A stretch of DNA of 64,000 nucleotides from Dehalococcoidia bacterium (GTDB lineage: Bacteria; Chloroflexota; Dehalococcoidia; Lucifugimonadales; GCA-2712585). Shown here in pieces: positions 48,252-56,967 of this stretch. Numbering within the stretch: position 1 is the stretch's first letter; every line of letters starts with the position of its first letter. The position numbers and the translations under genes were made by a program. The notes below the pieces were generated by a model. That model ran no database searches, had not been told where the DNA came from, and saw only the letters and a list, made by a program, of their open reading frames with translations. The stretch lies in contig CBDDDE010000010.1 in assembly GCA_965226535.1 (NCBI GenBank), positions 1,145,549 through 1,209,548 of the forward strand. The letters run 5' to 3'.

Positions 48252-48551
48252 CTACTCTTGGAAGGCGTTGCACCCCGTAACCAAAGCAGGCAAGCCCCCC
48301 ATTAGGAAAGCCACCTGCACCGTCTCGGCAATCTCCTCCTCGCTGGCTCCCATGCCTCTCGCCCTGGATGCTATTGCCTGTACGCCGTCGGGGTGAGACA
48401 GCAAGGAGTCGCAAAGCATCATCATCAATGTCTTTACCTTGACGGATAGGGCCCCATCCTCCAGGGTAAAGTCCCTCACTTCCGATACCTTCTCCAGGAG
48501 TCGTGGGTCGTTGGTTTCCAAAGACATTACGTAGGTTGGCTTCTGTTGCAT
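48252..48551 (-). CDS. carboxymuconolactone decarboxylase (CMD/AhpD-like) family protein
   Basis: 99 aa. LSVKVKTLMMMLCDSLLSHPDGVQAIASRARGMGASEEEIAETVQVAFLMGG is typical of the CMD helical domain. GGTGA lies upstream of the ATG. Confidence 0.8.
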   Translation of the reverse strand: MQQKPTYVMSLETNDPRLLEKVSEVRDFTLEDGALSVKVKTLMMMLCDSLLSHPDGVQAIASRARGMGASEEEIAETVQVAFLMGGLPALVTGCNAFQE

Positions 48552-48619
48552 ATATCACCATTCCTTAGTTGTGGTTGGGAGACTAGATGGCATTATACCT
48601 GTGCGGTAAAGGTGCGGAT

Positions 48620-48668
48620 ACCTTTACCAACAAGCGACTCAGTGGCATACTCAAAGGCCCCCATATAG
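48620..48668 (+). repeat. direct repeat copy B (displaced copy of the amidase 3' end)
   Basis: Differs from copy A at 3 positions (one C>G, one missing C in the C-run, one C>A). Confidence 0.9.
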
Positions 48669-49229
48669 CGGACCGCTTATCACTTTTTGACAGAGGATTT
48701 TGACTATGCCGGCTCGGCGCAACAACCCGGAAACCACACGTGAAGAGGCGGTTAACACCCTTTGGCGCAAATGCTGGGTGAGTTCTCTGTCTTCCAATCA
48801 ACATAACAAAGTACGCTTCTCGTGGACAGTCGATTTGGATACACTTGGGAGTGAGTAGGTACGTCTGCCGACCGACCCACCCACGGGTTCACGCCCCCAG
48901 GTGGCAGGGCTGGACATATCGAGAACCGAGGCCGATTCCGGCGTCACACCGTCCGACGGCATGGGGATAGTTTTCCCTCCTCTTTTCTTCTCACCAGGGG
49001 GGCTGCATACACCTGCGCCTGGCTGTTCCCCCAAATTCTTGTCTATGGCATCGCCCCGTCCCGAGCCGCCACTCTGCGGAATACGTGGATAACGGCATGG
49101 GAGAGGAGACCACTCCTCTGGCAAGTTGTCTCCTCCAAGCGAATCGGCGGGGCTTGATAAAAAGAGTGTCGGCCCATATCATAGCTCCGGCTTCGACCTA
49201 ACTAATTCTTGCGTGGATATATATACACG

Positions 49230-49466
49230 ATGGTGAACGGTGAATCTAATCCACAAAAGCCCGCATCCGAGGAACTTCTCAACCAAGTTGAAGAATCCTT
49301 GACTGCTGGCCCTGTTCGTGACCTGTGGTTGGGTGTGCGTGCAGAATTAGCTGAAAACGGACCGGGAGCCGTGCGCACCTATTTGCAGTCAGAATTTCAA
49401 AGAAGACGGGGCATAGTCGAGAATGCACTGCAAGAACTATCAGGTCAGTTGGAGGACATCGCTTAA
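49230..49466 (+). CDS. hypothetical small helical protein
   Basis: ORF 49209..49466, with a likely ATG at 49230. Its TAA overlaps the ATG of the following ATPase remnant (TAATG). No family was recognised. Confidence 0.35.
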   Translation: MVNGESNPQKPASEELLNQVEESLTAGPVRDLWLGVRAELAENGPGAVRTYLQSEFQRRRGIVENALQELSGQLEDIA

Positions 49467-49788
49467 TGCCTAGATCGTTTTTTCGCATCAAAGGCGTTAC
49501 CATTGAAGGGTTCAAAGCATTCACTGAGCGACAGTCTTTTGATCTGGATGGCCGCCAGGTATTTTTTTCGGCGAGAATGGTCTGGGCAAGACCAACGTTG
49601 TGGAGGCAATTCGGTGGTGTTTATTCGGTTTAGCATCCAGAAGAGGGGGGACAATCAAGAATCAGTTCTATGGAGGGGATTGCATCGTAGAGCTGACGTT
49701 GCAAGCTCCAGACGGGATTTGGTCGTTCCAGAGACGCCTTAGTCAGTCGGGCGGGATTGGCCCCTCTACAATCCGTGAACCTAGCTAG
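49466..49788 (+). pseudogene. N-terminal remnant of an SMC/RecF-like ABC ATPase (frameshifted and truncated)
   Basis: MPRSFFRIKGVTIEGFKAFTERQSFDLDGRQVFF is followed, in another frame, by GENGLGKTNVVEAIRWCLFG... (Walker A). The shift lies in the T7 run at 49562-49568. A stop occurs at 49786-49788 after ~105 codons. Confidence 0.65.
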
Positions 49789-49797
49789 GGTCACGGC

Positions 49798-50816
49798 CTA
49801 TGACCAGCTCACTCCCAAAACTTGAGCCACGTTTTGTCCCTCTTTACGAACGGGACCGCCATCGACTTCAATGTAATGGGGGAGGCGCAATAAGGCACTT
49901 GGTGGAGTGGGGCCGCAGTAGCGCGGATTTAAGTACAAGGTTGCGTAGCTCTGCGACATATTCAGGATTTCTGCGTTTCTGAAAATCAAGACTCCGGCTA
50001 CATTCGCACTCCGACTACGTGACCAAAACCCGTCGTCCCCACGCGAGTACTGACCAGGGTCATCTGCATCCATTCCGTACTGAAAACAAAGATCTCCCCA
50101 GAGAATGTTAAGGGCATCCCCGTCTAACGAGAAAAACGGACTGGCCGCATTTACAGCCAAAAGCAGGGGACCGCTCAGTTTTTTGTAGGCACTTGCCTTG
50201 CCCGCCAACGCCCCACGAATCGATGATATCGGGTTCTATCCGTTCGGTCGCATTCATCCTTCCGCTGGCGATGCGGCCAGCGCAACCTCGTTCTCCCGAC
50301 GCTTATAGTGCTTTAGGCGAAAGCCAAACCGTAATCGCCTGGCCGCGCCACTCTATTCTCTTGGACGGCGCTAGCCCCTCCTTCCAAAACTCTCCACAAT
50401 GCCCCTAACAGTCGTCCGGGTCGGATGTCGGTCAGTAGCTTATTGACCTCTCTGATGATGTATCTTTTGGAAGGAGTCGTCCTTGTAAGTGTCGTATTTC
50501 CCGTATCCTCTATGTCATACAAAAGGGAAAAATGAGGAGAGCACAATTTACCAATGTCATCCAAAACTTTTTGTCCGTTGGGTGCCAGCAAGCAAGGCGG
50601 ATTGGAGGCATGTCCGGCCACCGTCGCCTTTCAACGACAGCTAGAACCCTTCTCGGCGTTAAGGAGAAAATCGGGGGTTTTCCCTCTGATGCTTGGTTGG
50701 AAAATCAACACCGGCAGCCTAATCCCTGTAAACAACTCGTGAAGAAATAGCTGCCCAAAGAATGCCCCATCATGCTTGGAGTCGTCGGTCCAGACCGGAA
50801 TTCTCCACGCAGCCAT
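49798..50816 (-). pseudogene. disrupted hypothetical gene (in-frame TGA plus frameshift)
   Basis: ORFs 50631..50816 and 50313..50621 share a frame and are separated by TGA (50631-50633). ORF 49798..50208 is in a different frame. The first part contains ...RGKTPDFLL... Confidence 0.45.
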
Positions 50817-50865
50817 CTGGCCTTTTTACCTTCCAGGGATTTGCTGGAACCATTGCTCACTGGCC

Positions 50866-51100
50866 GGTCACGTCCCTGCTCCGTTATCGCCCTGCTGCTC
50901 AAGGTGGCCCACTGTTACCAGACAAGCAAACTCAGTGGACGGGTACTCGGAAGGTTTTCCCTGCCATATAGCGCAGGGCCGGCTGTCGTCAAAAACTCTT
51001 CATGACATCTACGTTGCATCCAATCGTAACCAAAGCAGGCAAGCCCCCCATTAGGAAAGCCACCTTTTACGTCTTCGGCAATCCTAAACCGCGCTTACAT
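50866..51100 (+). repeat. copy C: decayed duplicate of the amidase-3'/CMD-3' convergent junction
   Basis: 50889-50912 is identical to 48167-48190, and 51025-51065 is identical to 48276-48316. The translated remnants read ...GRSRPCSVIALLLKVAHCYQ... (amidase-like) and ...VAFLMGGLPALVT... (CMD-like, minus strand). Confidence 0.85.
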
Positions 51101-51241
51101 TCCAGAAGCGGGCGTACCGGGCGTCGTTGTAGTCTATCTGAATGGACACTTAGGCCCTCAGAGTATGTCGATTTCCAATAGGGCAAGCCCGAGGACGAGA
51201 CCGCACTCCGGGGCATCACCCACACGGGCCCGCCTTAAACG

Positions 51242-51452
51242 CTACTCCGGCGCAACGAACTCCCCTAGCCAGCACACACTGTCAATGCTTGGGCTTGCCG
51301 CCCGGTAGAACCTCTCGTCGGCGGTCCACAGCTCGCAGCATAAAACTCTCCGCCAGCGCCAGGTAATGGGCGTCGTAGGCCGCATTCTGCTTGAGCTTGC
51401 TTGCAAGTTGTAGCTCTCTGACGTGGAGACCCGGCGGCTTTAGGCTCCACTC
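51242..51452 (-). pseudogene. C-terminal remnant of a PIN-domain (VapC-like) toxin gene
   Basis: Manual translation gives ...LQLASKLKQNAAYDAHYLALAESF, then after a frameshift ELWTADERFYRAASPSIDSVCWLGEFVAPE*. The N-terminal half is missing (stops upstream). Confidence 0.5.
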
Positions 51453-51479
51453 CTATCAATAAAAAGTCGCCACACCCCC

Positions 51480-51509
51480 TTGACATCCTGGCGCCCGGCA
51501 CCTTACTAT
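51480..51509 (+). promoter_or_regulatory. candidate strong sigma70-type promoter
   Basis: TTGACA (51480-51485), 18-nt spacer, TACTAT (51504-51509). Confidence 0.4.
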
Positions 51510-51568
51510 CCTGTTACCGCTTGTGCGGAATTTGAACAGGTGCTCGGAAGAGCCAGAGGAGGTGACGT

Positions 51569-51628
51569 ATGGAATATAGTTTAAGTAAGAGGGCGATGGT
51601 AGGCATCTGTCTGGATTCGACGACCTAG
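51569..51628 (+). CDS. candidate 19-codon leader sORF (MEYSLSKRAMVGICLDSTT)
   Basis: ATG at 51569 with GAGGAGGTGA (51556-51565) at ideal spacing. TAG at 51626-51628. It overlaps the 5' arm of the 16-bp stem. Confidence 0.25.
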   Translation: MEYSLSKRAMVGICLDSTT

Positions 51629-51693
51629 TACGAGTTACATAAACATTAGATAACCGGCAACTGTCGGGTTCGGGCAAATGCCTACCATCGCCC
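51591..51693 (+). promoter_or_regulatory. structured RNA element: perfect 16-bp stem enclosing 71 nt
   Basis: gggcgatggtaggcat (51591-51606) is the exact reverse complement of atgcctaccatcgccc (51678-51693). The loop contains ctggattcgacg (51611-51622). Confidence 0.5.
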
Positions 51694-51760
51694 TGTGCGG
51701 GGGGTCCACCCAAGGACCTGGATGGTTCCAAACCTTAGGTTCGGACCCGATTTAGTTGAC

Positions 51761-51790
51761 AGAAGAGGAGCCGCAAGGCTTCTTTTTTGT
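51761..51790 (+). terminator. intrinsic terminator (plus strand)
   Basis: agaagaggagcc-gcaa-ggcttctttttt forms a ~12-bp stem (including G-U pairs) with a GCAA tetraloop and runs into a T tract. Confidence 0.7.
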
Positions 51791-51870
51791 TGCTTCGCAA
51801 ACCCTCCGTCATCCCTAACCGGGGTAATGCTATACTGACGGCAAGTCGCAACGAGAGTGAGGAGACGCCA

Positions 51871-52695
51871 TTGTCAACAGCGCTTGTTAACGGAGTACAT
51901 ATCCACTATGAAAGCTACGGCCAAGGGTTCCCCTTGGTGTTCGCCTACGGCCTTGGGGGCAACACCACGGAGTGGGCCTCTCAGATACCCGCCTTTTCAA
52001 AACATTACAGGTTTATAGTCTGGGACCCACGGGGCCATGGGCAGTCCGACAGTCCGCCAAACCTTGACCAGTACGGCAGCGGGACGTCCGCCTATGACTT
52101 GCTAGCTCTCCTGGACCACCTTGGCATTGAAAAGGCCTACGTTGGCGGGCTTTCCATGGGTGGGGGAATCGCCACACGTTTAGCCCTGCTCTATCCCAGC
52201 CGGGTTGAGGCGCTTCTCATCATAGACTCTGCTTCGGCCTCCGGCTTGCCCACATCCGAAGCAGCCCTTCGAATGCGTAATCGCATAGTTGAACTGTGCC
52301 TCTCCCAAGGTATGGAGGCCGTGGCCGACTATGCCATAAAGCATAACCCCAATATCAGCCGCACAGCCCAATCGGGCCCGGAAGGCGAGAAGGCCATTCG
52401 GGAGATGTACCGGGCACTGGACCCGGTGGGCTACGCCCATAGCACCAAGGCCACGGTCTACCCCTCCTTTGACTCGGACCTGCTCAAGCAAATCCGCGTG
52501 CCGACACTGGTCCTTTCGGGGTCCGAGGACCCGGCGCTTGAGGCTTGCAAGCTGATCCACGGTAAAATCGTGGGTTCCCAACTCAGGATAATTCCCAACG
52601 CGGGCCATCTCTCAAACCTGGACCAGCCGGAAGTCTTTAACCGGGAGGTGCTGGAGTTTCTGAAGGGTGTGGACGCGCAAAGGCTGTCCGGGTAG
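51871..52695 (+). CDS. alpha/beta hydrolase (enol-lactonase-like)
   Basis: HG-box (VFAYGLGGN) and nucleophile elbow GLSMGG. ORF 51787..52695 trimmed to the TTG at 51871, with GGAG 6 nt upstream. Confidence 0.85.
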   Translation: MSTALVNGVHIHYESYGQGFPLVFAYGLGGNTTEWASQIPAFSKHYRFIVWDPRGHGQSDSPPNLDQYGSGTSAYDLLALLDHLGIEKAYVGGLSMGGGIATRLALLYPSRVEALLIIDSASASGLPTSEAALRMRNRIVELCLSQGMEAVADYAIKHNPNISRTAQSGPEGEKAIREMYRALDPVGYAHSTKATVYPSFDSDLLKQIRVPTLVLSGSEDPALEACKLIHGKIVGSQLRIIPNAGHLSNLDQPEVFNREVLEFLKGVDAQRLSG

Positions 52696-52698
52696 TTT

Positions 52699-53925
52699 CT
52701 AGTCGTCCTGGGGCGCGCCGGCTTCCTGTTTAGCCAGGTCGGAATAAACCGCTCCTTCGTCTTCCAAAGCATGGATGTCCTGGTCCGAGTAGTGCAGGAG
52801 AGAGGAAAGGATCTCTCTGGTGTGCTGTCCCGGTAGCGGCGCGGAGCCGACGACTATCTCGCTGCGACTCAGCTTGATGTTTTTGCCCGAGACGTGAATG
52901 GTCCCGGACACCGGGTCGGGCACCTCCACCAGAAGCTCCCTTTCGTGTAGGTGAGGGTCCGTGGCGGCGGTGGGGATCTGGTTGACGGCTTGGCACGGTA
53001 TCCCGTGGTCGGCGATGAGCTTTGCCGTTTCAGCTGCGTTCTGCTGCCGGAACCAGTGGTTGAGCTCCTCTTCAATGGCCTCGGAGTTCTCGTCCCGCAA
53101 AGCCTTGGTGGCAAACCGGGGGTCGCTGGCCCACTCAGGCTTGCCGACAACGTTGCAGAACCTGGGCCAGATATTGTTGCTCTGGGCCGCTAGCAGCACC
53201 CAACCGTCCTTGGCCTTGTATATGTTACTGGTGCCTTTGCCGTTGCCCTTGCGGGGTGTGTCAAATCCGGAGCCGAGGAAAGCGCTGCACTGGATTTCGG
53301 TCATGGAGTACCCCGTATCGGCAAGGGATACGTCGACGCACTGGCCCTCGCCGGAAAGACGCCTTTCGTGCAGGGCGGCCAGGGCGCCGATGGTGGCGTG
53401 CAGCGAGGTTATACGGTCTATAACCGGGTTGGCTGTGGTTATGGGCGGCATGCCTGGGAATCCGGTAAGCATCATCATGCCGCTGATGGCCTGGCCTATG
53501 GGGTCGAACCCAATGCGGTTACTATAGGGGCCATACTGCCCATAGGCTGAAACGTTTACCATGATGATGCCCTTGTTGAGCTTCCGAAGGTTTTCGTAGG
53601 AGAAGCCCATCTTGGCAATGGTGCCGGGGCGGAAGTTTTGCACGAGTATGTCCGACACCTTGACGAGGCCCCGCAAGATCTCTTTTCCCTTATCGGTGCG
53701 GAGGTTGATCCCGAGGCTCTTCTTGCCGCTGTTGTACTGAACCCAATAGGCGCTTTGACCCCTGACAAAGGGGGCGTGGTCTCGACTTTCGTCGCCGCCA
53801 GGCCCCTCCACCTTGATTACCTCTGCTCCCAGCCTCGCCATTATCAGGCTGGCTCTTGGCCCTGCTTGATATCGACCCAGGTCCAGTACTCGGATGCCCT
53901 CAAGGGCTGATTTTGGCATATTCAT
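52699..53925 (-). CDS. family III (CaiB/BaiF) CoA-transferase
   Basis: LEGIRVLDLGRYQAGPRASLIMARLGAEVIKVEGPGGD. The catalytic-Asp context is RIGFDPIGQAISG. Confidence 0.9.
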   Translation of the reverse strand: MNMPKSALEGIRVLDLGRYQAGPRASLIMARLGAEVIKVEGPGGDESRDHAPFVRGQSAYWVQYNSGKKSLGINLRTDKGKEILRGLVKVSDILVQNFRPGTIAKMGFSYENLRKLNKGIIMVNVSAYGQYGPYSNRIGFDPIGQAISGMMMLTGFPGMPPITTANPVIDRITSLHATIGALAALHERRLSGEGQCVDVSLADTGYSMTEIQCSAFLGSGFDTPRKGNGKGTSNIYKAKDGWVLLAAQSNNIWPRFCNVVGKPEWASDPRFATKALRDENSEAIEEELNHWFRQQNAAETAKLIADHGIPCQAVNQIPTAATDPHLHERELLVEVPDPVSGTIHVSGKNIKLSRSEIVVGSAPLPGQHTREILSSLLHYSDQDIHALEDEGAVYSDLAKQEAGAPQDD

Positions 53926-54078
53926 GAGATGCTCCTTTTCATGGAGGAATGAGAGCTAAAGACCCGGTAATCGTATCACAGCGGACTGGGGCATCCAAAC
54001 TTGGAATTTTGTCACAGGGTCGCCGGTGCCGTATGATGGCTTCGTTATCCTTGGATTGTTCAAAGAGGTGAGGAGAAT

Positions 54079-54936
54079 ATGGCTCATAAACCCAGACTGA
54101 ACAAGGTGATTGCGCTCCTTGAGGAGGGGAAACCCGCCTTTGGCACCTTTGTCTCCAACGGTAACCTGGACGGTCTTGCCTATGCTGCCAATGCCGGTTA
54201 TGACTTTGTCTTTATCGAGAATGAGCACGTGGGCATGGACTTTTCACAGCTACGAATTTCATTTCAGTTTCTTCTGAGCCGTGGCAAGATTGCCTCCCAG
54301 GGAAATCTGCAAGCGGACCCAACGCCCTTTGTACGGGTTGCTCCCAATACGGAGGAGATGAACCAGTGGGTCTTGAAGCAGACCCTGGACCATGGGGCAT
54401 ACGGCCTGTTGCTCCCCAAACTGGAAAGCGTGGAGGCGGCTCGCGCCGCGGTGCTGGCCTGCCGGTACCAGCAGAGAAGGGGCGCGGACAACCCTCTGGG
54501 TGAGAGGGGTTGGAGCCCAAGGGCAGCAGCGGATTATTGGGGCTTGTCTGTGCCGGACTACTATGAAGCTGCCGGTCTGTGGCCCCTGGACCAGGACGGC
54601 GAGGTGTTTTTGATAGCCATCTGCGAGTCTGCAAAAGGGGTTAGAAATCTACCTGATATCCTTAGTCAGGTCAAAGGTATTGGCGGAGTATTGGCCGGTC
54701 CGGGAGACCTATCGGTTTCCATGGGCGCAGCTGGCAATGGAAGAGATCCCGAAGTTCAGGAAGCCCTTTTGTCGATATTAGACACCTGCAAGAAATTTGG
54801 AGTCGCCTGCGGCGGTGTGGCCGAAACGCCGGAAGATATGGAACGCCAGCTAGAGGAAGGGTTTCAGTTTTTCATCACCTCAGCCCGGCAGAGCAACCCG
54901 ACTTTGGCCCACGCCCATAAGGTAACCGGTCGCTAG
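54079..54936 (+). CDS. HpcH/HpaI family aldolase
   Basis: The N-terminus ...LEEGKPAFGTFVSNGNLDGLAYAANAGYDFVFIENEH and the 285-aa length fit the HpcH/HpaI TIM-barrel aldolase pattern. Confidence 0.8.
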   Translation: MAHKPRLNKVIALLEEGKPAFGTFVSNGNLDGLAYAANAGYDFVFIENEHVGMDFSQLRISFQFLLSRGKIASQGNLQADPTPFVRVAPNTEEMNQWVLKQTLDHGAYGLLLPKLESVEAARAAVLACRYQQRRGADNPLGERGWSPRAAADYWGLSVPDYYEAAGLWPLDQDGEVFLIAICESAKGVRNLPDILSQVKGIGGVLAGPGDLSVSMGAAGNGRDPEVQEALLSILDTCKKFGVACGGVAETPEDMERQLEEGFQFFITSARQSNPTLAHAHKVTGR

Positions 54937-54969
54937 GCCGTTTGTCGCCGCGGGAGTGGCCCCGTACCT

Positions 54970-56412
54970 CTAGTAGTCGTTGGGGTAGGCGGCGTAGCTA
55001 TACAGAAGGTCCACAAAGGACCGTTCCAGCTCCACCAATCCACCCACCTTACCATCACCCTCAATGACCAGAAATTCGTTGGGGGCCGAGTGCCCGCTGG
55101 CGTAACCGATTCCCGTAGCGCCCAGCAGTTTTACGCCCAGCATCTTGCTGAAGAAGCCCATGGGCCCGCTGGCGCCGCGTCTGGGCCATACCGTAGGGTT
55201 GATGTTCCAAGAATCGAAGACGCGCAAGCCTGCCTTGGCAACGTCGTCCGTGACGCTGAGCTTCTGGGCGGGTACCGCCATCAAAACCTTGATTCCTACG
55301 TCACTGTAGCCGTGGCTGTCCAGGTGGTCGCGAATCTTTTGGCAGCAAACATTGGGGTCCAGGTCCGGCGGCAGCCGGTGGTCAATGGTGCAATAGGCAG
55401 CGTTGGGAAGGGTCCATAAGAGAGTGCCGGGACCGGTGTACCCGGCCCGCAGCCCGTTGATGTTCATAGTTGGCTGAAAGCAGTAGCGAATGAAGAGGTC
55501 GCGGCCCGAAAGGTTGTTCAGGAACCGGTCCACCTTACCGGGAGCCAAGCTGGGAATCACATTGGCCTCGTTGCCTTCGTAGCGCTGAGCCAAAGCGTCA
55601 ATGAGGTCCAGGTCTTCCTTGGTGGGTTCCTCCAAGCCGTCGTAGAACCCATCAACAAGAATGCGGTTCTCCACGGGGTCATAGAGAGTAGCCAAAGCGT
55701 GGACCATTCTCCAAACGGGGTGGTCTACCACGGGTTGGGCGGATGAATGCACGGGTCCGCCCGCGGGGCCTTTTCCCCAGCGGTCCCCGGAGCACTCCAA
55801 CTCTATGTGCAAGTTCCCCTTGTTTCCCAGGAAGAGGGACACGTCCCCCGTGGCGGTTTGGCAGGGTCCCGCCACAATGGCGGCGTCGGCCTTGGAAAGG
55901 TGGTGGCGATACCGGTCGATAAGCATGGGGATGTGGTCACTGCCGACAAACTCCTCGCCCTCGGAGACGAACATGAGGTTGACGGGGAGTTCGCCATCTA
56001 CGGCTTTGATGGAGGCAAGGGCGTTCAAGAATCCGACGAAGGCGCCCTTATTCCCGGCGCCGCGCCCATAGAGCACCTTCTTGAAAGGGGGCCGCTGGGC
56101 TACCACCGCATCGTAGGGCGGATGGTCCCAGCCGCTCCCGACTACATTGGTGTCGAAGTAGCTGTATACGGCCAGGGTCTTGGGCGCTCCGGCGTCGTAG
56201 TAGGCCCAAACGGCCGGGAAGCCCGGGGTCTCCACTAGCTCAGCCTCTTTGCAGTCCAACTCCTGGTAATAGCGCAAAAGCAGGGAGGCGCACTCCTCCA
56301 CACCGTGGCCTTCCTGGCTGACGCTGGGCTGAGCCATGAACTCACGAACCTTTTCTACGTGTTGCTGCTGATTACCGCTAATGTGCTGGTGGACTGCCTC
56401 GCGTTGGGTCAT
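54970..56412 (-). CDS. M20 family metallopeptidase (dipeptidase/deacylase)
   Basis: 480 aa. The blocks ...YSYFDTNVV..., GRGAGNKG and VSEGEEFVGS (the metal-ligand EE pair) are present. Confidence 0.8.
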   Translation of the reverse strand: MTQREAVHQHISGNQQQHVEKVREFMAQPSVSQEGHGVEECASLLLRYYQELDCKEAELVETPGFPAVWAYYDAGAPKTLAVYSYFDTNVVGSGWDHPPYDAVVAQRPPFKKVLYGRGAGNKGAFVGFLNALASIKAVDGELPVNLMFVSEGEEFVGSDHIPMLIDRYRHHLSKADAAIVAGPCQTATGDVSLFLGNKGNLHIELECSGDRWGKGPAGGPVHSSAQPVVDHPVWRMVHALATLYDPVENRILVDGFYDGLEEPTKEDLDLIDALAQRYEGNEANVIPSLAPGKVDRFLNNLSGRDLFIRYCFQPTMNINGLRAGYTGPGTLLWTLPNAAYCTIDHRLPPDLDPNVCCQKIRDHLDSHGYSDVGIKVLMAVPAQKLSVTDDVAKAGLRVFDSWNINPTVWPRRGASGPMGFFSKMLGVKLLGATGIGYASGHSAPNEFLVIEGDGKVGGLVELERSFVDLLYSYAAYPNDY

Positions 56413-56477
56413 TCTTCACCTTGCTGTTTCCCCCCTCGCTTTTGGGAGAGGGGTGGATGTCATACCTTGGGCTTGGA

Positions 56478-56816
56478 TTACCAGTTAGTTAGACCCGGCT
56501 TTTGCTTCTCCCAACCGTCGTCCGAGGGGAAAACGGTGGAAGTGAGAACTCTCTCAGGGTCGCCGTCGAACCATTCCTCCACGGTGGAGCGCCACTTGGT
56601 GTAGTGGGGCGCCTGCCGGTGGGCCTCCAGGGCGGCTTGGTCCGTATATACTTCGTAGAGATGGATTCGATTGGGGTGCTCCTGGCTTAGGAGGACGTCA
56701 AAGCGATAGCATCCTGGCTCGTCCCGTACCGACCCTTGAGCATCTCCCATAAGCGACTCCATAAATGCGTCCTTGAATCCGGTTTTGATATTGATGGTTA
56801 CGAAAATAGATATCAT
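56478..56816 (-). CDS. antibiotic-biosynthesis-monooxygenase (ABM) domain protein
   Basis: 112 aa. ...EPGCYRFDVLLSQEHPNRIHLYEVYTDQAALEAHRQAPHY... is the ABM/YgiN pattern. Confidence 0.8.
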   Translation of the reverse strand: MISIFVTINIKTGFKDAFMESLMGDAQGSVRDEPGCYRFDVLLSQEHPNRIHLYEVYTDQAALEAHRQAPHYTKWRSTVEEWFDGDPERVLTSTVFPSDDGWEKQKPGLTNW

Positions 56817-56967
56817 GGTTAACAGTAGGCATCCTTTCTAGGGGTTGTCGAGTCCCACGCGGCCTCAAGACTCAACTTGGTGATTATATCAGCCGTCGGA
56901 GCGCGAGGCTAGGCATGGTACGCCTTAGCACGGGCAGCGGCGCACCGGCGTTGGTTTTCGGAGGTGT

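Noticed and set aside
48189-48668. CMD gene as an integron-type cassette because of flanking direct repeats
   Set aside because: No integrase, no attC-like imperfect palindrome and no cassette array is present. The repeats are copies of the amidase coding 3' end, which points to recombination or integration at that gene.
50631-50633. In-frame TGA as selenocysteine or programmed readthrough
   Set aside because: The same gene also carries a frameshift further downstream and sits among other gene remnants. No SECIS-like hairpin is evident immediately 3' of the codon. A nonsense mutation in a pseudogene is the simpler reading.
51591-51693. MITE-like element bounded by 16-bp terminal inverted repeats
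   Set aside because: No target-site duplication flanks it (taaga versus tgtgc), and no second copy exists in the window. A structural RNA or regulatory reading fits the surrounding promoter, SD and terminator better.
51591-51790. tmRNA (ssrA) gene, suggested by CUGGAUUCGACG identical to the tmRNA 5' region
   Set aside because: The 5' arm pairs with a partner only 71 nt away rather than ~350 nt. I see no tag reading frame ending in a typical ...AA stop context, no T-arm/GGTTCGA-type loop followed by an acceptor 3' strand and CCA, and no G3:U70 pair. It may at most be a fragment.
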